A DNA stretch of 64,000 bases from Macrostomum hystrix (taxonomy: Eukaryota > Animalia > Platyhelminthes): contig CATNEN010000025.1 in assembly GCA_950097015.1 (NCBI GenBank), forward strand, positions 6,634,001 through 6,698,000, given 5' to 3'. Below are positions 1 through 13,700 of this stretch, in pieces. The stretch's first letter is position 1. The number at the start of each line of letters is the position of its first letter. Below the pieces are notes generated by a model that searched no databases, was not told the DNA's origin, and was given only the letters and a program-made list of their open reading frames with translations. The translations under genes were made by a program, and so were the position numbers.

Positions 1-3000
1 TAATTAGCGTCTTTGACACCTAGACTGTGTAGATTAATTAGCGGCTATGACACCTAGACTGTGTAGACTAATTAGCGTCTTTGACACCTACACTGTGTAG
101 ACTAATTAGCGTCTATGACACCTAGACTGTGTAGATTAATTAGCGGCTATGACACCTAGACTGTGTAGACTAATTAGCGTCTTTGACACCTAGACTGTGT
201 AGATTAATTAGCGTCTTTGACACCTAGACTGTGTAGATTAATTAGCGGCTATGACACCTAGACTGTGTAGGTTAATTAGCGTCTTTGACACCTAGACTGT
301 GTAGATTAATTAGCGGCTATGACACCTAGACTGTGTAGACTAATTAGCGTCTTTGACACCTAGACTGTGTAGACTAATTAGCGTCTTTGACACCTAGACT
401 GTGTAGACTAATTAGCGTCTTTGACACCTAGACTGTGTAGACTAATTAGCGTCTTTGACACCTAGACTGTGTAGATTAATTAGCGTCTTTGACACCTAGA
501 CTGTGTAGATTAATTAGCGGCTATGACACCTAGACTGTGTAGGTTAATTAGCGTCTTTGACACCTAGACTGTGTAGACTTAATTAGCGTCTTTGACACCT
601 AGACTGTGTAGATTAATTAGCGGCTATGACACCTAGACTGTGTAGATTAATTAGCGGCTATGACACCTAGACTGTGTAGATTAATTAGCGGCTTTGACAC
701 CTAGACTGTGTAGACTAATTAGCGGCTATGACACCTAGACTGTGTAGATTAATTAGCGGCTATGACACCTAGACTGTGTAGGATTAATTAGCGGCTATGA
801 CACCTAGACTGTGTAGATTAATTAGCGGCTTTGACACCTAGACTGTGTAGACTAATTAGCGGCTATGACACCTAGACTGTGTAGATTAATTAGCGGCTAT
901 GACACCTAGACTGTGTAGGTTAATTAGCGGCTATGACACCTAGACTGTGTAGATTAATTAGCGGCTATGACACCTAGACTGTGTAGGTTAATTAGCGGCT
1001 ATGACACCTAGACTGTGTAGATTAATTAGCGTCTTTGACACCTAGACTGTGTAGATTAATTAGCGGCTATGACACCTAGACTGTGTAGACTTAATTAGCG
1101 TCTTTGACACCTAGACTGTGTAGATTAATTAGCGTCTTTGACACCTAGACTGTGTAGATTAATTAGCGTCTTTGACACCTAGACTGTGTAGATTAATTAG
1201 CGTCTTTGACACCTAGACTGTGTAGATTAATTAGCGTCTTTGACACCTAGACTGTGTAGACTAATTAGCGGCTATGACACCTAGACTGTGTAGATTAATT
1301 AGCGGCTATGACACCTAGACTGTGTAGATTAATTAGCGGCTATGACACCTACACTGTGTAGATTAATTAGCGGCTATGACACCTACACTGTGTAGATTAA
1401 TTAGCGTCTTTGACACCTAGACTGTGTAGATTAATTAGCGGCTATGACACCTAGACTGTGTAGATTAATTAGCGTCTTTGACACCTAGACTGTGTAGATT
1501 AATTAGCGGCTATGACACCTAGACTGTGTAGATTAATTAGGGTCTTTGACACCTAGACTGTGTAGACTAATTAGCGGCTATGACACCTACACTGTGTAGA
1601 TTAATTAGCGGCTATGACACCTAGACTGTGTAGATTAATTAGCGGCTATGACACCTAGACTGTGTAGATTAATTAGGGTCTTTGACACCTAGACTGTGTA
1701 GATTAATTAGCGGCTATGACACCTAGACTGTGTAGATTAATTAGCGTCTTTGACACCTAGACTGTGTAGACTAATTAGCGTCTTTGACACCTAGACTGTG
1801 TAGACTAATTAGCGGCTATGACACCTAGACTGTGTAGACTAATTAGCGTCTTTGACACCTAGACTGTGTAGACTAATTAGCGGCTATGACACCTAGACTG
1901 TGTAGATTAATTAGCGGCTATGACACCTAGACTGTGTAGATTAATTAGCGTCTTTGACACCTAGACTGTGTAGATTAATTAGCGTCTTTGACACCTAGAC
2001 TGTGTAGACTAATTAGCGGCTATGACACCTAGACTGTGTAGACTAATTAGCGGCTATGACACCTAGACTGTGTAGATTAATTAGCGGCTATGACACCTAG
2101 ACTGTGTAGATTAATTAGCGTCTTTGACACCTAGACTGTGTAGATTAATTAGCGTCTTTGACACCTAGACTGTGTAGATTAATTAGCGTCTTTGACACCT
2201 AGACTGTGTAGATTAATTAGCGTCTTTGACACCTAGACTGTGTAGATTAATTAGCGGCTATGACACCTAGACTGTGTAGATTAATTAGCGTCTTTGACAC
2301 CTAGACTGTGTAGATTAATTAGCGTCTTTGACACCTAGACTGTGTAGATTAATTAGCGTCTTTGACACCTAGACTGTGTAGATTAATTAGCGGCTATGAC
2401 ACCTAGACTGTGTAGATTAATTAGCGGCTATGACACCTAGACTGTGTAGATTAATTAGCGGCTATGACACCTAGACTGTGTAGATTAATTAGCGGCTATG
2501 ACACCTAGACTGTGTAGATTAATTAGCGTCTTTGACACCTAGACTGTGTAGATTAATTAGCGGCTATGACACCTAGACTGTGTAGATTAATTAGCGTCTT
2601 TGACACCTAGACTGTGTAGACTAATTAGCGGCTATGACACCTAGACTGTGTAGATTAATTAGCGGCTATGACACCTAGACTGTGTAGATTAATTAGGGTC
2701 TTTGACACCTAGACTGTGTAGATTAATTAGCGGCTATGACACCTAGACTGTGTAGATTAATTAGGGTCTTTGACACCTAGACTGTGTAGATTAATTAGCG
2801 GCTATGACACCTAGACTGTGTAGGTTAATTAGCGGCTATGACACCTAGACTGTGTAGATTAATTAGCGGCTATGACACCTAGACTGTGTAGATTAATTAG
2901 CGGCTATGACACCTAGACTGTGTAGATTAATTAGCGTCTTTGACACCTAGACTGTGTAGGTTAATTAGCGTCTTTGACACCTAGACTGTGTAGATTAATT

Positions 3001-6000
3001 AGCGTCTTTGACACCTAGACTGTGTAGATTAATTAGCGTCTTTGACACCTAGACTGTGTAGATTAATTAGCGTCTTTGACACCTAGACTGTGTAGACTAA
3101 TTAGCGGCTATGACACCTAGACTGTGTAGATTAATTAGCGTCTTTGACACCTAGACTGTGTAGACTAATTAGGGTCTTTGACACCTAGACTGTGTAGACT
3201 AATTAGCGTCTTTGACACCTAGACTGTGTAGACTAATTAGCGTCTTTGACACCTAGACTGTGTAGATTAATTAGCGGCTATGACACCTAGACTGTGTAGA
3301 TTAATTAGCGTCTTTGACACCTAGACTGTGTAGACTAATTAGCGTCTTTGACACCTAGACTGTGTAGATTAATTAGCGGCTATGACACCTAGACTGTGTA
3401 GATTAATTAGCGGCTATGACACCTAGACTGTGTAGATTAATTAGCGGCTTTGACACCTAGACTGTGTAGACTAATTAGCGTCTTTGACACCTAGACTGTG
3501 TAGATTAATTAGCGTCTTTGACACCTAGACTGTGTAGATTAATTAGCGGCTATGACACCTAGACTGTGTAGATTAATTAGCGGCTATGACACCTAGACTG
3601 TGTAGGTTAATTAGCGTCTTTGACACCTAGACTGTGTAGGTTAATTAGCGTCTTTGACACCTAGACTGTGTAGATTAATTAGCGTCTTTGACACCTAGAC
3701 TGTGTAGACTTATTAGCGTCTTTGACACCTAGACTGTGTAGATTAATTAGCGTCTTTGACACCTAGACTGTGTAGATTAATTAGCGTCTTTGACACCTAG
3801 ACTGTGTAGATTAATTAGCGTCTTTGACACCTAGACTGTGTAGATTAATTAGCGGCTATGACACCTAGACTGTGTAGACTAATTAGCGTCTTTGACACCT
3901 AGACTGTGTAGATTAATTAGCGGCTATGACACCTAGACTGTGTAGATTAATTAGCGGCTATGACACCTAGACTGTGTAGATTAATTAGGGTCTTTGACAC
4001 CTAGACTGTGTAGATTAATTAGCGGCTATGACACCTAGACTGTGTAGATTAATTAGCGTCTTTGACACCTAGACTGTGTAGATTAATTAGCGGCTATGAC
4101 ACCTAGACTGTGTAGACTAATTAGCGTCTTTGACACCTACACTGTGTAGACTAATTAGCGTCTATGACACCTAGACTGTGTAGATTAATTAGCGGCTATG
4201 ACACCTAGACTGTGTAGACTAATTAGCGTCTTTGACACCTAGACTGTGTAGATTAATTAGCGTCTTTGACACCTAGACTGTGTAGATTAATTAGCGGCTA
4301 TGACACCTAGACTGTGTAGGTTAATTAGCGTCTTTGACACCTAGACTGTGTAGACTAATTAGCGTCTTTGACACCTAGACTGTGTAGATTAATTAGCGGC
4401 TATGACACCTAGACTGTGTAGATTAATTAGCGGCTATGACACCTAGACTGTGTAGACTAATTAGCGTCTTTGACACCTAGACTGTGTAGACTAATTAGCG
4501 TCTTTGACACCTAGACTGTGTAGATTAATTAGCGTCTTTGACACCTAGACTGTGTAGATTAATTAGCGGCTATGACACCTAGACTGTGTAGGTTAATTAG
4601 CGTCTTTGACACCTAGACTGTGTAGATTAATTAGCGTCTTTGACACCTAGACTGTGTAGATTAATTAGCGGCTATGACACCTAGACTGTGTAGATTAATT
4701 AGCGGCTATGACACCTAGACTGTGTAGATTAATTAGCGGCTTTGACACCTTGACTGTGTAGACTAATTAGCGGCTATGACACCTAGACTGTGTAGATTAA
4801 TTAGCGGCTATGACACCTAGACTGTGTAGGTTAATTAGCGGCTATGACACCTAGACTGTGTAGATTAATTAGCGGCTATGACACCTAGACTGTGTAGGTT
4901 AATTAGCGGCTATGACACCTAGACTGTGTAGATTAATTAGCGTCTTTGACACCTAGACTGTGTAGATTAATTAGCGGCTATGACACCTAGACTGTGTAGG
5001 TTAATTAGCGGCTATGACACCTAGACTGTGTAGGTTAATTAGCGTCTTTGACACCTAGACTGTGTAGATTAATTAGCGGCTATGACACCTAGACTGTGTA
5101 GATTAATTAGGGTCTTTGACACCTAGACTGTGTAGATTAATTAGCGTCTTTGACACCTAGACTGTGTAGATTAATTAGCGTCTTTGACACCTAGACTGTG
5201 TAGACTAATTAGCGTCTTTGACACCTAGACTGTGTAGATTAATTAGCGGCTATGACACCTAGACTGTGTAGATTAATTAGCGTCTTTGACACCTAGACTG
5301 TGTAGATTAATTAGCGGCTATGACACCTAGACTGTGTAGGTTAATTAGCGTCTTTGACACCTAGACTGTGTAGACTAATTAGCGGCTATGACACCTAGAC
5401 TGTGTAGATTAATTAGCGGCTATGACACCTAGACTGTGTAGGTTAATTAGCGGCTATGACACCTAGACTGTGTAGATTAATTAGCGGCTATGACACCTAG
5501 ACTGTGTAGGTTAATTAGCGGCTATGACACCTAGACTGTGTAGATTAATTAGCGTCTTTGACACCTAGACTGTGTAGGTTAATTAGCGGCTATGACACCT
5601 AGACTGTGTAGGTTAATTAGCGGCTATGACACCTAGACTGTGTAGGTTAATTAGCGTCTTTGACACCTAGACTGTGTAGATTAATTAGCGGCTATGACAC
5701 CTAGACTGTGTAGATTAATTAGGGTCTTTGACACCTAGACTGTGTAGATTAATTAGCGTCTTTGACACCTAGACTGTGTAGACTAATTAGCGTCTTTGAC
5801 ACCTAGACTGTGTAGATTAATTAGCGGCTATGACACCTAGACTGTGTAGGTTAATTAGCGGCTATGACACCTAGACTGTGTAGATTAATTAGCGGCTATG
5901 ACACCTAGACTGTGTAGGTTAATTAGCGGCTATGACACCTAGACTGTGTAGATTAATTAGCGTCTTTGACACCTAGACTGTGTAGATTAATTAGCGGCTA

Positions 6001-7357
6001 TGACACCTAGACTGTGTAGGTTAATTAGCGGCTATGACACCTAGACTGTGTAGGTTAATTAGCGGCTATGACACCTAGACTGTGTAGATTAATTAGCGGC
6101 TATGACACCTAGACTGTGTAGATTAATTAGGGTCTTTGACACCTAGACTGTGTAGATTAATTAGCGTCTTTGACACCTAGACTGTGTAGATTAATTAGCG
6201 TCTTTGACACCTAGACTGTGTAGACTAATTAGCGTCTTTGACACCTAGACTGTGTAGATTAATTAGCGGCTATGACACCTAGACTGTGTAGACTAATTAG
6301 CGTCTTTGACACCTAGACTGTGTAGATTAATTAGCGTCTTTGACACCTAGACTGTGTAGATTAATTAGCGTCTTTGACACCTAGACTGTGTAGATTAATT
6401 AGCGGCTATGACACCTAGACTGTGTAGATTAATTAGCGTCTTTGACACCTAGACTGTGTAGATTAATTAGGGTCTTTGACACCTAGACTGTGTAGATTAA
6501 TTAGCGTCTTTGACACCTAGACTGTGTAGATTAATTAGCGTCTTTGACACCTAGACTGTGTAGATTAATTAGCGTCTTTGACACCTAGACTGTGTAGACT
6601 AATTAGCGTCTTTGACACCTAGACTGTGTAGATTAATTAGCGGCTATGACACCTAGACTGTGTAGACTAATTAGCGTCTTTGACACCTAGACTGTGTAGA
6701 TTAATTAGGGTCTTTGACACCTAGACTGTGTAGATTAATTAGCGTCTTTGACACCTAGACTGTGTAGATTAATTAGCGTCTTTGACACCTAGACTGTGTA
6801 GACTAATTAGCGTCTTTGACACCTAGACTGTGTAGATTAATTAGCGGCTATGACACCTAGACTGTGTAGACTAATTAGCGTCTTTGACACCTAGACTGTG
6901 TAGATTAATTAGCGTCTTTGACACCTAGACTGTGTAGATTAATTAGCGTCTTTGACACCTAGACTGTGTAGATTAATTAGCGGCTATGACACCTAGACTG
7001 TGTAGATTAATTAGCGTCTTTGACACCTAGACTGTGTAGATTAATTAGCGTCTTTGACACCTAGACTGTGTAGATTAATTAGCGGCTATGACACCTAGAC
7101 TGTGTAGATTAATTAGCGTCTTTGACACATAGACTGTGTAGACTAATTAGCGGCTATGACACCTAGACTGTGTAGATTAATTAGCGTCTTTGACACCTAG
7201 ACTGTGTAGACTAATTAGCGGCTATGACACCTAGACTGTGTAGATTAATTAGCGGCTATGACACCTAGACTGTGTAGGTTAATTAGCGTCTTTGACACCT
7301 AGACTGTGTAGATTAATTAGCGGCTATGACACCTAGACTGTGTAGATTAATTAGCAG
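1..7357. repeat. 34-bp satellite, over 210 copies, continues off the left edge (ferlin intron)
   Basis: Unit TAATTAGCG(TCTT/GCTA)TGACACCTAGACTGTGTAG(AT/AC/GT). Confidence 0.97.
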
Positions 7358-7771
7358 AAATAGCGCCTATACTATAATTTTTGACACTTAAACTGTGTTA
7401 GAAGATTTTAAACCTAAGATTTATCACACTTTTCATACCTGGACTATTCAAATAAATTAGCAGCTCTGGCCCCAAGTGAAAAAGCTGTCAAAAGAACGTT
7501 TGTGAAAGTGCTGTACAAGGCGGTGAAAACATTAATTGGCAGATGAAACAAACTTGAGTGAACTTATCAGCAGGTGAGATTATTAACAAAAATATTTATT
7601 TAATTCTTTGACTGCTGTCTAGTTAAAAGCAGGCCTTTTTCATTTACATTTTACGAGTAAACTCCATCTCAGCAACATTTGCGAATGAAGTAAAGCAATG
7701 TGACCATTAATCCACATATTATATTGAATTGACAATTTTACAGTAAACAACTAATTCGGAGTTCATTTTAC

Positions 7772-10700
7772 CGGCAAATCACGGAAGCTGTTCATCAAGT
7801 TGGGTCGAAATCGTTTCGGATACTGCAGCACAGAGAATTCACGTATTGTGAGTTTGTTTAGTGCAAAGCATGTTAACAGTTAGATTAGGCTGATGATCAT
7901 AGTACAGCTTTTAGATAATTATAGTCTGTTAGTTAATAAGCTAACTAATTATTGCGGATTAGGGACGTGTTAGAAATTTCTCGCAAGTAAAAAACTATAA
8001 ATTATAAAACTAAACAATGCTAAACTAAAGCTATTAAGGTCTTGGGGTACAGCTGTAACTCACAGATGGACTGAAGGCCATGGAGTAGAGTGGCTCACAG
8101 ATGGACTGGGGCCATGGAGTAGAGTGGCTCACAGATGGACTGGGGCCATGGAGTAGAGTGGCTCACAGATGGACTGGGGGTCATGGAGTAGAGTAACTCA
8201 CAGATGGACTGGGGCCATGGAGTAGAGTGGCTCACAGATGGACTGGGGGTCATGGAGTAGAGTAACTCACAGATGGACTGGGGGTCATGGAGTAGAGTAA
8301 CTCACAGATGGACTGGGGTTCATGGAGTAGAGTAACTCACAGATGGACTGGGGGTCATGGAGTAGAGTAACTCACAGATGGACTGGGGGCAATGGGGTAG
8401 AGTGGCTCACAGATGGACTGGGGGATCATGTGATGTCCTTATCAAATATTCAGGCTTAATTCAAACATGTTTCTAATAATTCTCCAAACTTCTAAAATCA
8501 AACTATTATTGTCGTTACCGGCACCCAATGACATCCTGCTGTGACTTTCAGCGTTCCAACAGAAATTATGCACAACAGCAGAAATTAGCTTAGGTATAGC
8601 ATGCCAACCAGCTCACCTTTTGAAATTGCTGAAATGATTAGGGTATTTTTTATAAATACGAGCGTACAATAATAGTATGCTACCAAGCCACACTACTCAT
8701 TAAAGTAGCATTTAAGGCATATCGAAAATTTAGTAATGTACCAGGTATGAATCTACGAGCTTAATAAGAGGAAACGTTGCTGGAATGATTTAATTTCGGA
8801 ATAAAAATCAACAGATGTTCAAATATTTACCTTAAACTGCACATTCTGCACTTTGCCGCAGAACTTTCCACGAAAATCTTCGTTTCTGCTGAACAGAACC
8901 TCGTAGGCCGGGATGCGATAATAGGCGATGCGCTTGTCCGCGCACAGCATCCAGATCACCACGTCTGGGAAGGAATTCTGCGGCTGTGGGACGGTGTCAA
9001 GGAGCGAAGGGGATACCGGCTTAGTATTAGGAGCCTGAGAACCAACAGTAGCTACAAGCAACAAAAAGTGTAGTTGGATTTTTTAAACTAAAAGTACACA
9101 GCTCGGAGAAGAAATGACGAACTAAAAGTACATCAAACGAGATAGACTACTTAAGAGTACATAGTTAGAGATACGACGATCTAGAAGTACACTTAAGTAT
9201 ATAAGTAACTAATGAAAGAATATAATAATTGATTACACCTGCCCCAATCGGGCCAGATGTGCAGCCGACAGCACAGCCAACTGAAGCTATTGCGCGGCGC
9301 ATCTGAAGGCTGCGTACGGCTGTTCAGTCCATGGACTGCGGGGACGCCACACTCACCCTCAATTACCCCAGCTAATGCTGGTACCAATTTAACAGCTGGG
9401 TGAACTGAAGCAATGCAGAGTTAAGTGTCTTGCTAAAGGACACAAATTGTTCCAGTGGAGTCGAGAATCGACCTTCACAAGGCTACAACCTGTTCACAAG
9501 GCTACAACCTGTTCACAAGGCTACAACCTGTTCACAAGGCTACAACCTCTTCACAAGGCTACAACCTCTTCACAAGGCTACAACCTCTTCACAAGGCTAC
9601 AACCTCTTCACAAGGCTACAACCTCTTCACAAGGCTACAACCTCTTCATAAGGCTACAACCTGTTCACAAGGCTACAACCTGTTCACAAGGATACAACCT
9701 GTTCACAAGGCTACAAACTCTTCACAAGGCTACAACCTCATCACAAGGCTACAACCTCATCACAAGGCTACAACCTCATCACAAGGCTACAACCTCATCA
9801 CAAGGCTACAACCTCATCACAAGGATACAACCTCTTCACAAGGCTACAACCTCTTCACAAGGCTACAACCTCTTCACAAGGCTACAACCTCTTCACAAGG
9901 ATACAACCTCATCACAAGGCTACAACCTCTTCACAAGGCTACAACCTCATCACAAGGCTACAACCTCTTCACAAGGCTACAACCTCTTCACAAGGCTACA
10001 ACCTCTTCACAAGGCTACAACCTGTTCACAAGGCTACAACCTCATCACAAGGCTACAACCTCATCACAAGGCTACAACCTCATCACAAGGCTACAACCTC
10101 ATCACAAGGCTACAACCTCATCACAAGGCTACAACCTCATCACAAGGCTACAACCTCATCACAAGGCTACAACCTCTTCACAAGGCTACAACCTCATCAC
10201 AAGGCTACAACCTGTTCACAAGGATACAACCTCTTCACAAGGCTACAACCTGTTCACAAGGATACAACCTCTTCACAAGGCTACAACCTCATCACAAGGC
10301 TACAACCTGTTCACAAGGATACAACCTGTTCACAAGGCTACAACCTCTTCACAAGGCTACAACCTCATCACAAGGCTACAACCTCATCACAAGGCTACAA
10401 CCTCTTCACAAGGATACAACCTCTTCACAAGGCTACAACCTCATCACAAGGCTACAACCTGTTCACAAGGCTACAACCTGTTCACAAGGCTACAACCTGT
10501 TCACAAGGATACAACCTGTTCACAAGGCTACAACCTCTTCACAAGGCTACAACCTCATCACAAGGCTGCAACCTCATCACAAGGCTACAACCTCTTCACA
10601 AGGCTACAACCTCATCACAAGGCTACAACCTGTTCACAAGGATACAACCTGTTCACAAGGCTACAACCTCTTCACAAGGCTACAACCTCATCACAAGGCT

Positions 10701-13700
10701 ACAACCTGTTCACAAGGATACAACCTGTTCACAAGGCTACAACCTCTTCACAAGGCTACAACCTCATCACAAGGCTACAACCTCTTCACAAGGCTACAAC
10801 CTCATCACAAGGCTACAACCTCATCACAAGGCTACAACCTCATCACAAGGCTACAACCTCTTCACAAGGATACAACCTGTTCACAAGGATACAACCTCTT
10901 CACAAGGCTACAACCTCATCACAAGGCTACAACCTGTTCACAAGGATACAACCTGTTCACAAGGCTACAACCTCTTCACAAGGCTACAACCTCATCACAA
11001 GGCTACAACCTCATCACAAGGCTACAACCTCTTCACAAGGATACAACCTCTTCACAAGGCTACAACCTCATCACAAGGCTACAACCTCATCACAAGGCTA
11101 CAACCTCTTCACAAGGATACAACCTCTTCACAAGGCTACAACCTCTTCACAAGGCTACAACCTCATCACAAGGCTACAACCTCTTCACAAGGCTACAACC
11201 TGTTCACAAGGATACAACCTCTTCACAAGGCTACAACCTCATCACAAGGCTACAACCTGTTCACAAGGATACAACCTGTTCACAAGGCTACAACCTCTTC
11301 ACAAGGCTACAACCTCTTCACAAGGCTACAACCTCATCACAAGGCTACAACCTCTTCACAAGGCTACAACCTGTTCACAAGGATACAACCTCTTCATAAG
11401 GCTACAACCTCATCACAAGGCTACAACCTCATCACAAGGCTACAACCTCATCACAAGGCTACAACCTGTTCACAAGGATACAACCTCTTCACAAGGCTAC
11501 AACCTCATCACAAGGCTACAACCTCTTCACAAGGCTACATCCTCTTCCTAAAAGTACATTAAAGGTAGAAAACGACGACTAAAACTAGGAAAAACCAAGG
11601 CAGCATCAGTATTCTGGATAGTCACCTTAGAACCCACGAACAGCCAAATCGGCACTCACCTCGATGGCGATGGCTCGTATCTGGTTGCGAAACGAGTCCA
11701 ACTCATTCACGGCCTCCTCAACTGAGGTGCACTCCTCGCGCAGCTTGCTAGCCGCACGGCGTATGTTTTTGAGCTCGTTCTCACGCAGCGACTGAAGATT
11801 GAGGTCCAACTCGTTAGCGGGACTCTGACCCGGCTCCCACTCGGGTAGGTCTTTGCTGTGGGGGCAAAGTCGCTTGTCAAACTTAGTCGACAATTATCGC
11901 AAGACAAATTGTCAAAGGACTTTCACTACCTTATTACCATATATCTTACCAAAGATCAGATCACATCATATACTGCAGTCACAACAGACAACTACTGTCA
12001 CATCAGACAAATACTGTCACATTAGACAAATACTGTCACATTAGACAAATACTGTCACATTAGACAAATACTGTCACATTAGACATATACTGTCACATCA
12101 GACAAATACTGTCACATCAGACAAATACTGTCACATCAGACAAATACTGTCACATCAGACAAATACTGTCACATCAGACAAAATACTGTCACATCAGACA
12201 AATACTGTCACATCAGACATATACTGTCACATCAGACAAATACTGTCACATCAGACATATACTGTCACATTAGACAAATACTGTCACATCAGACAAAATA
12301 CTGTCACATCAGACATATACTGTCACATCAGACATATACTGTCACATCAGACATATACTGTCACATTAGACATATACTGTCACATCAGACATATACTGTC
12401 ACATCAGACATATACTGTCATATCAGACATATACTGTCACATCAGACATATACTGTCAGATTAGACATATAATGTCACATCAGACATATACTGTCACATC
12501 AGACATATACTGTCATATCAGACATATACTGTCACATCAGACATATACTGGCACATCAGACATATACTGTCAGATTAGACATATAATGTCACATCAGACA
12601 TATACTGTCACATTAGACATATACTGTCACATCAGACAAATACTGTCACATCAGACAAATACTGTCACAACAGACAACTTGTCACATCAGACATATACTG
12701 TCACATCAGACAAATACTGTCACATCAGACAAAATACTGTCACAACAGACAATTACTGTCACATCAGACAAATACTGTCACATCAGACAAAATACTGTCC
12801 CATTAGACATATACTGTCACATTAAACAAAATACTGGCACAACAGACATATACTGTCACATCAGACATATACTGTCACATCAGACATATACTGTCACATC
12901 AGACATATACTGTCACATTAGACATATACTGTCCCATCAGACATATACTGTCACATCAGACATATACTGTCACATCAGACATATACTGTCACATCACTCA
13001 AATATTGTCCCATCAAGCACAGAAGTCAAGTTTCGTCCGTTATCGAGTGTGGGCTCAAATCCGGGCAGTGATGACTCACTTGCACATGACAATGAGATCG
13101 TCGATGGCGGCTATGGTGAACTGTGCCTGCTCTTCGTCTGGTAGCTTTGCCTTTATCGCCACGTTAATCTTCTCGATGTTTTCGTCCTGAATTTGAAAAA
13201 TCGCCAATTAGAATAAGTAATAAATTAACAAAATCATTCTATTCAAACAAATCAGTCCGCTGACCAGTCGCTCCAGAATCTTGTGCAAAAAGTTGATGGA
13301 GTGAAGCCGAAATCCCACGTCCTCCCATTGACTCTCCACTACGGCGCATGGCTTGGTGTTGCCCCAGGGCAGGAAGTAGTAGTGGACACCGTCGAATACA
13401 GCGTTTGTCGGCTGGGTTGTCGACGCAGTCGGTGGCACCGATTCGTCCAGCTTGTTGCCATAGTTACCTGCAGTTATGAGTTGATTTTTTAGATTTGTTT
13501 CGGGCACCTCAAAACACCTCAAAACCTTTTGAGACACCTCAAAACCTTTTGAGACACCTCAAAACTGCTTGAAAGACACCTCAAAACCTTTTGAGACACC
13601 TCAAAACTACTTGAAAGACACCTCAAAAAATATGAAAGACACCTCAAAACTATTTGAAAGACACCTCAAAACAATATGAAAGACACCTCAAAACTATTTG

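Noticed and set aside
9447-11551. 650- and 698-aa ORFs
   Set aside because: Read-through of a stop-free 17-bp array antisense within a ferlin intron; the frames carry the same cyclic peptide.
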